This document shows positions 43,393 to 51,375 of a stretch of 64,000 nt of DNA, piece after piece (positions within the stretch are counted from its first letter, which is position 1; each line of letters begins with the position of its first letter). Location of the stretch: contig SVTF01000007.1 in NCBI GenBank assembly GCA_015063905.1, positions 2,975 to 66,974 of the forward strand. The letters are read 5' to 3'. A model generated the notes under the pieces. It was not told where the DNA came from, did no database searches, and worked only from the letters and a program-made list of their open reading frames with translations. The position numbers were made by a program, and so were the translations under genes. The DNA comes from Oscillospiraceae bacterium. GTDB taxonomy: Bacteria > Bacillota > Clostridia > Oscillospirales > CAG-272.

Positions 43393-45275
43393 TGGCTCTT
43401 AAGACAAAAGTTGCGGTTATTGGCGCGGGACACGCAGGAATAGAGGCGGCGCTTGCGTGCGCCAGGACGGGAATTGACACCGTCCTTTTCACCATGTCTC
43501 TTGACAGCATCGCAAACCTTCCCTGCAATCCCTCTATAGGCGGAACCGCAAAGGGTCATCTCGTTTACGAGATAGATGCTTTGGGCGGTGAGATGGGGCG
43601 CGCGGCTGATCTTGTTACGCTTCAATCAAGAACGCTTAATCTTGGAAAGGGCGCGGCTGTTCATTCCAAGCGGGTTCAGGCTGACAGAAAAAAGTATCAG
43701 CAAATAATGAAGTCCACTCTGGAGAGCCAATCCAACTTGCGCCTCGTTCAGTCCGAAATAACGGATATTATTACTGAAGATTGCGCAAACGGCGCTTATA
43801 TTAAAAAGGTTGTGGGTGTAAAAACCAAGCTTGGAGAGATTTGGGACTGCGAATGCGCGATAGTATGTGCGGGAACCTATCCGTCGGCTAAGATCTTTGT
43901 CGGCGACGTCAGTTACTCCGCGGGTCCTGACGGCCTTCTTGGCGCGGAAGGGCTAACAAAATCTCTTATCGATAACGGAATTTCCATTATGAGATTTAAA
44001 ACGGGAACTCCCGCTCGCGTAAAGCGCAGCACTATTGACCTTAGTAAGCTTGAGCTGCAGGAAGGTGAGCCTAATTCGTTGCCGTTTTCGTGGCGCACCG
44101 ATGAATCTTTGCTTGAGGATGTCGAGCAAATACCGTGTCATATCGTATATACTAATGAAGAAACGCATCGTATAATCAGGGAAAATTTACACCGCTCCGC
44201 AATGTATTCCGGACAAATTACCGGAACGGGACCAAGATATTGCCCGTCGATCGAGGACAAGCTTGTCAGATTCGCTGACAAGCAAAGACACCAATTGTTT
44301 GTTGAACCTCTCGGGGAAAACACAGAAGAGATGTACATACAAGGTTTTTCTACTTCTCTTCCTACCGACGTGCAATATAAAATGCTTCGGTCACTTCAGG
44401 GATTTGAGAATGCGGAAATAATGCGGTACGCTTATGCCATAGAGTATGATTGCGCAGATCCCACGCAACTTTTTCCCACCCTTGAGTTTAAGACCATATG
44501 CGGATTGTACGGTGCCGGACAGTTCAACGGAACGTCCGGATATGAGGAAGCTGCCGCACAGGGACTTGTGGCGGGAATCAACGCTTCCCTGAAGCTTCGC
44601 GGCGAGGAACCTTTGATCTTGCAACGTTCCAGCAGCTATATCGGCACACTGATCGATGATCTTACTACTAAAGGAACTAATGAGCCTTACCGCATGATGA
44701 CCTCGCGGTCTGAATACAGATTGCTTTTAAGACAAGATAATGCCGACTTCAGATTGACACCGATCGGTCGGTGCGTAGGTCTGGTCAGCGATGAGCAATA
44801 TTCTCATTATGTCGCCAGGCGGGAAATGATCGATTCCGAGGTGGAAAGATTAGAAACAACTTACGTATCGAAAGAATGCGCGAGCGAGCTTTTGGTTTCA
44901 ATGGGAAAAGAGGAAGCAAAATCGGGCGTGTCGCTTGCTGATTTCTTAAGAAGGCCGGATTTCAACTATGCGGTTATTGCGAGTATAGATGCCGGTAGAA
45001 AAGCGCTTCCGAGATCTATTGTTTTGAGCGTTGAAACGGAAATTAAGTATGCGGGCTATGTAAAAAAACAATTAGCCGAGGTGAAAAAGTATGAGAAGCT
45101 TGAATCTAAGGCGATTCCTGCTGATATCAACTATTTTGCGGTTAGGGGACTGAGAATAGAGGCGGCGCAAAAGCTTGACAGGATAAAGCCTCTCACGTTT
45201 GGACAAGCGTCGCGAATCAGCGGAGTCAATCCCGCGGATATTTCGGTTCTGTTGGTATATTTCGGCATTAAATAA
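43392..45275 (+). CDS. mnmG: tRNA uridine-5-carboxymethylaminomethyl(34) synthesis enzyme MnmG (GidA)
   Basis: 627 aa. FAD site VIGAGHAGIEAALA, TGTPARV, GPRYCPSIEDK. Confidence 0.95.
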   Translation: MALKTKVAVIGAGHAGIEAALACARTGIDTVLFTMSLDSIANLPCNPSIGGTAKGHLVYEIDALGGEMGRAADLVTLQSRTLNLGKGAAVHSKRVQADRKKYQQIMKSTLESQSNLRLVQSEITDIITEDCANGAYIKKVVGVKTKLGEIWDCECAIVCAGTYPSAKIFVGDVSYSAGPDGLLGAEGLTKSLIDNGISIMRFKTGTPARVKRSTIDLSKLELQEGEPNSLPFSWRTDESLLEDVEQIPCHIVYTNEETHRIIRENLHRSAMYSGQITGTGPRYCPSIEDKLVRFADKQRHQLFVEPLGENTEEMYIQGFSTSLPTDVQYKMLRSLQGFENAEIMRYAYAIEYDCADPTQLFPTLEFKTICGLYGAGQFNGTSGYEEAAAQGLVAGINASLKLRGEEPLILQRSSSYIGTLIDDLTTKGTNEPYRMMTSRSEYRLLLRQDNADFRLTPIGRCVGLVSDEQYSHYVARREMIDSEVERLETTYVSKECASELLVSMGKEEAKSGVSLADFLRRPDFNYAVIASIDAGRKALPRSIVLSVETEIKYAGYVKKQLAEVKKYEKLESKAIPADINYFAVRGLRIEAAQKLDRIKPLTFGQASRISGVNPADISVLLVYFGIK

Positions 45276-45283
45276 GGTGAAAT

Positions 45284-46009
45284 ATGGATTATAAAGAATA
45301 CGAACAGCAATTGTCAAGGGCTTTTGAATTGAATGGACTTGTAGGATTGTTAGACTCGGATAAATCTTTAAAGCTATACGAATTCTCACAAATATTGGTC
45401 GAAAGCAATAAAAAATTCAATTTGACGGCTATAACTGATGAAAAAGAAATAATATTAAAGCACTTTGTTGACTGCGTCTCGATTGCCAAATATATTCCGA
45501 GATCAAGCTCTGTTGTCGACGTTGGTTGTGGTGCGGGCTTTCCCTCCATTCCGCTGTCGATCGTGCGAGAAGATTTGAAAATCGCTGCGCTTGACAGCAC
45601 GCAAAAGAGGGTCAATTTTGTTGAATCGGTAGCTCGGGAGCTGAATTTGCTTAACATTTCGACTGTTTGTGCCAGAGCTGAGGAACATTCAAACACAAAT
45701 CGCGAGAAATACGATGTGTGCGTTAGCCGTGCGGTGGCTCGATTAAACGTTTTGGCAGAGCTTTGCATACCATTGGTTAAAGTCGGAGGCTTGTTTTTGG
45801 CAATGAAGTCTGTAAAGGGCGACGAGGAATATGCCGAAGCGGAATCGGGAATAGTCGCTCTGGGTTGCAACCTGCGACATACGGAGATCGACGCGTTTTC
45901 GTATGAGGGCGTGAATTCGGAAAGAAAGCTTTTTGTGCTTGCTAAAACTCGCAAAACCCCCGCTGAATACCCAAGAAAATATTCACAAATTGTGAAGAAG
46001 CCTTTGTAA
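45284..46009 (+). CDS. rsmG: 16S rRNA (guanine527-N7)-methyltransferase RsmG (GidB)
   Basis: 241 aa. KFNLTAITDEKEIILKHFVDC and the SAM motif DVGCGAGFPSIPL. Confidence 0.9.
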   Translation: MDYKEYEQQLSRAFELNGLVGLLDSDKSLKLYEFSQILVESNKKFNLTAITDEKEIILKHFVDCVSIAKYIPRSSSVVDVGCGAGFPSIPLSIVREDLKIAALDSTQKRVNFVESVARELNLLNISTVCARAEEHSNTNREKYDVCVSRAVARLNVLAELCIPLVKVGGLFLAMKSVKGDEEYAEAESGIVALGCNLRHTEIDAFSYEGVNSERKLFVLAKTRKTPAEYPRKYSQIVKKPL

Positions 46010-46012
46010 CAC

Positions 46013-46041
46013 AAAGCGGCAGGATAGCTCCTGCCGCTTTT
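46013..46041 (+). terminator. Intrinsic terminator after rsmG
   Basis: 12-bp stem aaagcggcagga / tcctgccgcttt, loop tagc, T tail. Confidence 0.7.
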
Positions 46042-46077
46042 AGATTATGGACATATTCATGGTTTTTGCCGCACTTG

Positions 46078-46093
46078 TGTTTCACGTGAAACA
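46078..46093. other. parS site 1 (tgtttcacgtgaaaca, perfect palindrome)
   Basis: Differs from the B. subtilis consensus TGTTCCACGTGAAACA only at the degenerate fifth position. Confidence 0.85.
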
Positions 46094-46121
46094 ATTTCAC
46101 TTGGCGTGTGTAATTGAGTCG

Positions 46122-46137
46122 TGTTTCACGTGAAACA
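46122..46137. other. parS site 2 (tgtttcacgtgaaaca, perfect palindrome)
   Basis: Identical to site 1. Confidence 0.85.
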
Positions 46138-46167
46138 ATCTTCTTCGTTTAATACAGAATCGATCTG

Positions 46168-46183
46168 TGTTTCACGTGAAACG
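46168..46183. other. parS site 3 (tgtttcacgtgaaacg)
   Basis: One mismatch (last base) relative to sites 1 and 2. Confidence 0.75.
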
Positions 46184-46214
46184 GTTTTTGCTTGGCTTGC
46201 GCAAATTGTGTTTG

Positions 46215-46230
46215 TGCTCCACGTGAAACA
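46215..46230. other. parS site 4 (tgctccacgtgaaaca)
   Basis: One mismatch to the B. subtilis consensus TGTTCCACGTGAAACA; two mismatches to sites 1 and 2. Confidence 0.7.
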
Positions 46231-46290
46231 TGGCCACAAACGCTTTCAAAACACTCGTGCGATCAGCATTAAATGCGTCTGTGAACGACA

Positions 46291-46306
46291 TGTTTCACGT
46301 GAAACG
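46291..46306. other. parS site 5 (tgtttcacgtgaaacg)
   Basis: Same variant as site 3. Confidence 0.75.
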
Positions 46307-46432
46307 GTGCAATGTTCGACAAAAATTGCAATAAATTTGTTGTATTATTGAAGATTTTATAAAAATACACTTGAAATGTTTGCGAATGTGTAGTATAATA
46401 TGTTTGATAAATTTGAGATAGGAGAAAAATAA

Positions 46433-47194
46433 TTGGGAAAAATTATATCTTTTTCTAACCAAAAGGGTGGAGTTGGTAAAACCACCTCTGCGGTCAACGT
46501 TGCTGCTTCGCTGGGTATTCTTGGCTATAAGGCGCTGCTGATCGATCTTGACCCCCAAGGCAACGCGACCAGCGGAGTGGGCGTTGCGAAAAAAAGCCTC
46601 AAGAGCTCTATATATGATGTCTTGGTAAATAAGTCGTCTGCTTCTGATGCAATAATTCATACTCAGTATGAAAACCTTGACCTCATTGCTACAAACATCG
46701 CTCTTGCGGGCGCTGAATATGATCTTTATCAAGGTAATGGCGCTGAATGCGTTTTGAAAAATGCTTTGGCTCCGATTAAAGATCAATATGACTACATTAT
46801 AATAGACTGCCCGCCTTCTCTTAGCATGCTGACTGTCAATGCGATGGTTGCAAGTGACGGTGTGATTATACCGATGCAGTGCGAATTCTATGCCCTCGAG
46901 GGCCTTTCGCAGCTGACATACACGGTTAACCGCATTAAATCGAACTTCAATAGCTCTTTGAATATTACGGGAATTCTCATTACTATGTATAATTCAAGGC
47001 TATTGCTCTCGCTTCAGGTTATGAATGAACTTAGAAAGCACTACTCGGATAAGCTCTTTTCTACTCAGATCTCGCGTGGGGTAAAGGTCTCGGAGGCTCC
47101 TGGATTCGGCTGCCCTGTTTATTATCACGATAAGAGATGTAAAGGCGCTAACGAATATTTGGCAATCGCAAAAGAACTTACCACAAGAATATAA
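46433..47194 (+). CDS. parA: Chromosome partitioning ATPase ParA/Soj
   Basis: 253 aa, TTG start after AGGAGA. Deviant Walker A GKIISFSNQKGGVGKTT; DLDPQGNAT; IIIDCPPSL. Confidence 0.92.
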   Translation: MGKIISFSNQKGGVGKTTSAVNVAASLGILGYKALLIDLDPQGNATSGVGVAKKSLKSSIYDVLVNKSSASDAIIHTQYENLDLIATNIALAGAEYDLYQGNGAECVLKNALAPIKDQYDYIIIDCPPSLSMLTVNAMVASDGVIIPMQCEFYALEGLSQLTYTVNRIKSNFNSSLNITGILITMYNSRLLLSLQVMNELRKHYSDKLFSTQISRGVKVSEAPGFGCPVYYHDKRCKGANEYLAIAKELTTRI

Positions 47195-47209
47195 GGCAAG
47201 GAGGAAATT

Positions 47210-48097
47210 ATGGCTAGAGGTGGACTTGGAAGAGATTTTTATTCCATATTTGACGACAATATTATAGAAGAAAAGAAAGATTCCGTGACGAAAATCAGTC
47301 TTGCTGACATTGAGCCCCGAAAGGATCAGCCCAGAAAGTTCTTTGATGAGGAAAATCTGCAGGTTTTGGCTGACTCGATAGCCGAACACGGTGTTTTGCA
47401 GCCGATAATTGTTCGCGAAAACCCGCTTTATCCCTCAACTTATGAGATAATTGCCGGTGAAAGGCGTTGGAGAGCCGCGAAAATCGCAGGACTTGCTGAG
47501 ATACCGGTTATAATCGTGGATGGCGATGATCTCAAGGTGGCACAGATCGCCATTGTTGAAAATGTTCAAAGAGAAGACCTTAATCCTGTTGAAGAAGCCT
47601 TTGCGTATCAAGCTTTGATAGATAAGTTCGGGCTTACACAGGAGAGACTTTCAAAGGAGGTTGGAAAGTCCAGATCTTATATTGCCAACACGTTAAGACT
47701 TGTTAACCTTCCCGATGAGGTCCTTGAAATGTTGCGCGACGGCAAGCTCAGTGAGGGACACGCGAGAACACTTCTCGGTCTTGCTGATGAATCGCAGATG
47801 GTGCTGCTTGCACAGAAAGTTGTTGAAAGACAAATGTCTGTTCGCGAGGTCGAGGCGGCTGTTAAGAGAATTCTTGCACAAAAAGACGCTATTCTTGCCA
47901 AAGAGGACGGCGATGAGACGGCTCAAAGGCGCGTTTATATGCGTGATCTTGAGAGACGCGCCATGGATACGCTGGGAAGACGCGTAAAGATCAATCAAAC
48001 AAGCAAAAAAAGAACAGTGGAACTTGCGTTTGATAACGATTCCGATCTTGAAGAGCTTCTTTGCTTGCTTTGCGGCGAAGGCTTTTTTCGCGCGTAA
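47210..48097 (+). CDS. parB: Chromosome partitioning protein ParB/Spo0J
   Basis: 295 aa. ParB box GVLQPIIVR...YEIIAGERRWRAAKIAGL and HTH LTQERLSKEVGKSRSYIANTLRL. Confidence 0.92.
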   Translation: MARGGLGRDFYSIFDDNIIEEKKDSVTKISLADIEPRKDQPRKFFDEENLQVLADSIAEHGVLQPIIVRENPLYPSTYEIIAGERRWRAAKIAGLAEIPVIIVDGDDLKVAQIAIVENVQREDLNPVEEAFAYQALIDKFGLTQERLSKEVGKSRSYIANTLRLVNLPDEVLEMLRDGKLSEGHARTLLGLADESQMVLLAQKVVERQMSVREVEAAVKRILAQKDAILAKEDGDETAQRRVYMRDLERRAMDTLGRRVKINQTSKKRTVELAFDNDSDLEELLCLLCGEGFFRA

Positions 48098-48142
48098 GAC
48101 ATTGTACATTAATAGTTAAGAAAATTTGAAAGGAATACTGCT

Positions 48143-49423
48143 ATGCTTGACATAAATTATATAAAATCCAACCCCGATGAAGTGATTGAAAGGCTTGCGA
48201 CAAAAGGAAAAGACGCAAAAGAAGAGATTGGAAAGATCCTTGAACTCGACGCCAAAAGACGTGCTCTAATTGCTGAGACTGAAGCACTTAAGGCTGAGCA
48301 GAATAGATTGACAAAGTCTATTCCTCAATATAAAAAGGAAGGGAAAGATCTCGCTCCGATATTTGCTCAGTCAAAAGAGCTTGGAGCTAAGGCTAAGGCA
48401 AATGACGAGCTCCTCAAGGGAGTTGAGACAGAGCTTACCGGATATATGCTTGGCCTTCCCAACCTTCCTGACCGCGATCTTAAGGCGGGCGGAAAAGAAA
48501 ATAATGAACCTTTGCGTTATTTTGGAGAACCCCACAAATTTGATTTTGAGCCCAAAAATCACGTTGATCTTTGTACAGATCTTGGCCTTATAGATTATGA
48601 AAGAGGAACAAAGCTTTCCGGATCGGGATTCTGGATATATCGCGGAATGGGCGCAAGACTCGAATGGGCTCTTTTGAATTATTTCATCGATACGCATCTT
48701 GCGGACGGATATGAACTTATTCTTCCGCCTCACATGCTCGAATATGAATGTGGAGTTACCGCAGGTCAGTTCCCCAAGTTTGCCGACGAGGTATATAAGA
48801 TCGAGAATCCTACCGATGATCGCGTAAGATATATGCTTCCTACTGCTGAGGCCGCACTCGCTTCTCTTTACAGAAACGAAATACTCACCGAGGCGGATCT
48901 TCCCAAAAAGCTTGTAAGCTATACGCCTTGCTTCCGTCGAGAAGCCGGTTCATACCGTTCCGACGAGCGCGGAATGGTTCGCGGACATCAGTTCAATAAG
49001 GTAGAAATGTTCCAATTTACGCTTCCTGAGAAGAGCGATGAGGCTTTTGAGGAGCTTGTAACTAAAGCGGAGAATCTTGTTAGGGGACTTGGATTTCATT
49101 TCAGAACGGTAAAGCTTGCGGCTGAGGACTGCTCGGCATCTATGGCAAGAACTTATGATATTGAGATCAATATACCCTCTATGAACGGATATAAAGAGGT
49201 AAGCTCTGTGTCTAACGCTCGCGACTATCAGGCTAGGCGCGGAATGATGAGAGTCAAGAGAAACAACGGAAAGATCGAGTATCTCCATACTCTTAACGGT
49301 TCGGGGCTTGCAACGTCCAGAATTCTTCCTGCGCTTGTTGAGCAGAATCAGAATGCTGACGGAAGCGTGACTGTTCCGGAGGTGCTTCGCAAGTATCTTG
49401 GCGTAGACGTTATCAAAAAGTAA
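48143..49423 (+). CDS. serS: Serine--tRNA ligase
   Basis: 426 aa. MLDINYIKSNPDEV start with an N-terminal coiled coil; class II motifs FRREAGS.....G..R.HQF.KVE and GSGLA.SR. Confidence 0.95.
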   Translation: MLDINYIKSNPDEVIERLATKGKDAKEEIGKILELDAKRRALIAETEALKAEQNRLTKSIPQYKKEGKDLAPIFAQSKELGAKAKANDELLKGVETELTGYMLGLPNLPDRDLKAGGKENNEPLRYFGEPHKFDFEPKNHVDLCTDLGLIDYERGTKLSGSGFWIYRGMGARLEWALLNYFIDTHLADGYELILPPHMLEYECGVTAGQFPKFADEVYKIENPTDDRVRYMLPTAEAALASLYRNEILTEADLPKKLVSYTPCFRREAGSYRSDERGMVRGHQFNKVEMFQFTLPEKSDEAFEELVTKAENLVRGLGFHFRTVKLAAEDCSASMARTYDIEINIPSMNGYKEVSSVSNARDYQARRGMMRVKRNNGKIEYLHTLNGSGLATSRILPALVEQNQNADGSVTVPEVLRKYLGVDVIKK

Positions 49424-49464
49424 TTTCTTTGTGAAAAATCTCATATAATTTATGGAGGATCACA

Positions 49465-50130
49465 ATGTTCGGTATCGTCCTAACTAACCAAAAATCATTG
49501 CTTGAGGAGCTGTGGGAGTATTTTAGTCAAACGTACTTTTCCCCTAAAATGCCATATTTGGAAAATATTTCCTTTGGAACGGGAACTCTCATATCTCTCC
49601 AAACTATAATTTTGGGATTAACGGTTGGTATCATAGTGGCATCCGCGTGCAGTATATACAGTAAAAGGTATTTAGGCGATTTTGTCAGAAAGGTCATACA
49701 AGAAGAATGCTTTGACGCAAAGTCGTCGAAAACGCTTTATGAGCTTGGATATCTAAAAAGTCCGGGCGTTCGTAATGCGATAAAAAGCTATGGAACACTC
49801 TCGCGTTGGATTCGTTGTGTTGAAGAAGATGATTTTTTCTCCGACGTCGAAAATAGACGGATTGAGTTTGAGGAGCAGCACAAGGACGACGAAAAGCCGC
49901 CAAAATTCAAGGCTCCCGCGTTCAAGCGTGACTTAAACACGATGCATTTTTATATTCCTGAGGACAAAAAATACGCAGCCCAAGTCAAATTCGAAAAAAA
50001 AGGAGCAAATTGGCTTTCGTTTTTGCTTGTCAGCGTAATTTCATTAGTGCTCTGCGCGTTTATTTGCTATGTGCTACCTGATATTATCAAAATGATCGAT
50101 AATTTTATTTCCGTTGTTGGAAATAAGTAA
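49465..50130 (+). CDS. Hypothetical membrane protein (two TM segments flanking a charged cytoplasmic region)
   Basis: 221 aa, GGAGGA RBS 5 nt upstream. TM segments LISLQTIILGLTVGIIVASA and WLSFLLVSVISLVLCAFICYVL. No family recognised. Confidence 0.65.
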   Translation: MFGIVLTNQKSLLEELWEYFSQTYFSPKMPYLENISFGTGTLISLQTIILGLTVGIIVASACSIYSKRYLGDFVRKVIQEECFDAKSSKTLYELGYLKSPGVRNAIKSYGTLSRWIRCVEEDDFFSDVENRRIEFEEQHKDDEKPPKFKAPAFKRDLNTMHFYIPEDKKYAAQVKFEKKGANWLSFLLVSVISLVLCAFICYVLPDIIKMIDNFISVVGNK

Positions 50131-50139
50131 ATAAGACAA

Positions 50140-50177
50140 AGGACAAAGGGATGAAAATCTCTTTGTCCTCGCTTTTT
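50140..50177 (+). terminator. Intrinsic terminator after the hypothetical membrane protein gene
   Basis: Stem aggacaaag / ctttgtcct, 12-nt loop, then TCGCTTTTT. Confidence 0.55.
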
Positions 50178-50187
50178 GGAGGATATT

Positions 50188-50868
50188 TTGAAAGAAAGAC
50201 CAATTATAGCCCTTATGGTGTCAATTGACGGAGAAGACAGAATATGCGCAAAGCAGGATTATTTGCGCGCTGTATGGAGGTCGGGAGGCATAGGCGTACC
50301 GCTGCCTTACGATGAATCGAAAGTAAGCGAGTTCTGTCGAGAGTTTGACGGATTTATATTTTGCGGAGGAGGAGATATCGATCCCGAATATTACGGAGAA
50401 GAAAACACAGCTTGTTGCGATGTTTGTATAGCGAGAGATAAATTTGAATTTGCCATGCTTACAGCCGCGCTCCAGACTGGCAAACCGATACTTGGCATAT
50501 GCCGCGGCATGCAGCTTTTAAACGTTTATTTTAAAGGCACGCTGAATCAGCATATTAGTGACCACGCGGGCAAGGATGAATGTGAAACGGTGTTTCATGA
50601 AATAGACATCAAGAAAGGCGGAAAGCTATTTGATATTGTTGATAAGTCAACAACTATTGTAAATTCTTTTCACCATCAGAGCGTAAAGAGATTAGGCGAT
50701 GGATTAGCTGTTGACGCGGTTTCGGGAACAACAATAGAAGCCTTTTACCACAAGGGATATGACTATTGTTTAGCGGTGCAATGGCATCCTGAAAAGGATC
50801 CTCAAAGCGAATTCTCAGAGAGCATATTCGCCAGCTTTATAAAAAAAGCAAAAGAAGCAGAACGTTGA
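50188..50868 (+). CDS. Class I glutamine amidotransferase-like hydrolase (peptidase C26 / gamma-glutamyl-GABA hydrolase family)
   Basis: The ORF track starts at the TTG at 50176. The in-frame TTG at 50188 sits 4-5 nt after GGAGGA and gives MKERPIIAL. Nucleophile elbow GICRGMQLLNV; HHQ and WHPE motifs. Confidence 0.8.
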   Translation: MKERPIIALMVSIDGEDRICAKQDYLRAVWRSGGIGVPLPYDESKVSEFCREFDGFIFCGGGDIDPEYYGEENTACCDVCIARDKFEFAMLTAALQTGKPILGICRGMQLLNVYFKGTLNQHISDHAGKDECETVFHEIDIKKGGKLFDIVDKSTTIVNSFHHQSVKRLGDGLAVDAVSGTTIEAFYHKGYDYCLAVQWHPEKDPQSEFSESIFASFIKKAKEAER

Positions 50869-50890
50869 TAAATCAACGTTCTGCTTCTTT
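50851..50890. terminator. Bidirectional terminator (18-bp perfect stem) overlapping the stop codon of the preceding gene
   Basis: aaagaagcagaacgttga-taaa-tcaacgttctgcttcttt. Confidence 0.65.
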
Positions 50891-50906
50891 TGCTTTGGCT
50901 GTTAAT

Positions 50907-51254
50907 TCAGTCGATAACAACTGATTTTTTCTTGCCGCTCTTTGTTTTAGGATACTCTCTTATTCTGACAACATAATCAAGGTTGATAATTTCTATGGAT
51001 GCATTGACTCTTTCAATCAATATAGCGCCGTCCTGCACGTCCTTTACTGTGCCCGAAACGGTGTTTCCGTCAAACAAATAGACCATACTGTCTTTGTCAA
51101 TAAATCTTTTAGCGATCTCAAGCATTTGCGGTTTCTCCTTGCTGCGTTTTTTCCTTTTTAATTTCATTAGTGTTACGTTTTTCTTACTTTGCGTTCTTTG
51201 CGTAAGGATAATCACAAAGAGCGGGAGGAATAATGCTATATATATAGGATCCAT
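50907..51254 (-). CDS. Hypothetical small protein with an N-terminal TM anchor and a Lys-rich linker
   Basis: 115 aa, AAGGAG RBS 7 nt upstream. IYIALFLPLFVIILT anchor, KLKRKKRSKEK linker, then a ~70-aa beta-rich domain. Confidence 0.55.
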   Translation of the reverse strand: MDPIYIALFLPLFVIILTQRTQSKKNVTLMKLKRKKRSKEKPQMLEIAKRFIDKDSMVYLFDGNTVSGTVKDVQDGAILIERVNASIEIINLDYVVRIREYPKTKSGKKKSVVID

Positions 51255-51375
51255 GGGTACGCTCCTTGATCTTAAATTTTTATCGAAGGGTTAGATCATT
51301 TGTAAAATAACAACTTTTTGGAGCTGCAAAGGGTAGAAGGCAGTTTGATGCCATTCTACCCTAAAGTTTTATATT

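Larger units (their letters stand above)
46078..46306. repeat. Array of five parS (ParB-binding centromere-like) sites
   Basis: A 16-bp palindrome TGTTTCACGTGAAACA or a near-variant occurs at 46078, 46122, 46168, 46215 and 46291. Start-to-start spacing is 44, 46, 47 and 76 bp. The array lies immediately upstream of parA-parB. Confidence 0.85.

Noticed and set aside
45289-46014. 241-aa ORF exactly mirroring rsmG on the opposite strand.
   Set aside because: It has the same length as rsmG only because it is its antisense shadow. The plus-strand product has the RsmG SAM-binding motif (DVGCGAGFPSIPL) and fits the mnmG-rsmG synteny. The antisense product has no motifs.
46078-46306. CRISPR-like appearance: five similar repeats separated by ~30-60-bp unique spacers.
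   Set aside because: The repeat is only 16 bp, is a perfect palindrome matching the parS consensus, and sits upstream of parAB. No cas genes or leader are present.
46121-46786. Track ORFs 46121-46351 (+) and 46295-46786 (-) covering the parS array and the parA start.
   Set aside because: No RBS and implausible composition. They overlap the parS sites and the well-supported parA gene.
48098-48142. T-box leaders or other riboswitches upstream of the aminoacyl-tRNA synthetase genes: serS, lysK (53422-53529) and aspS (63528-63562).
   Set aside because: The upstream spacers are only ~35-110 nt. That is far too short for a T-box (about 200 nt or more), and they lack specifier/antiterminator features.
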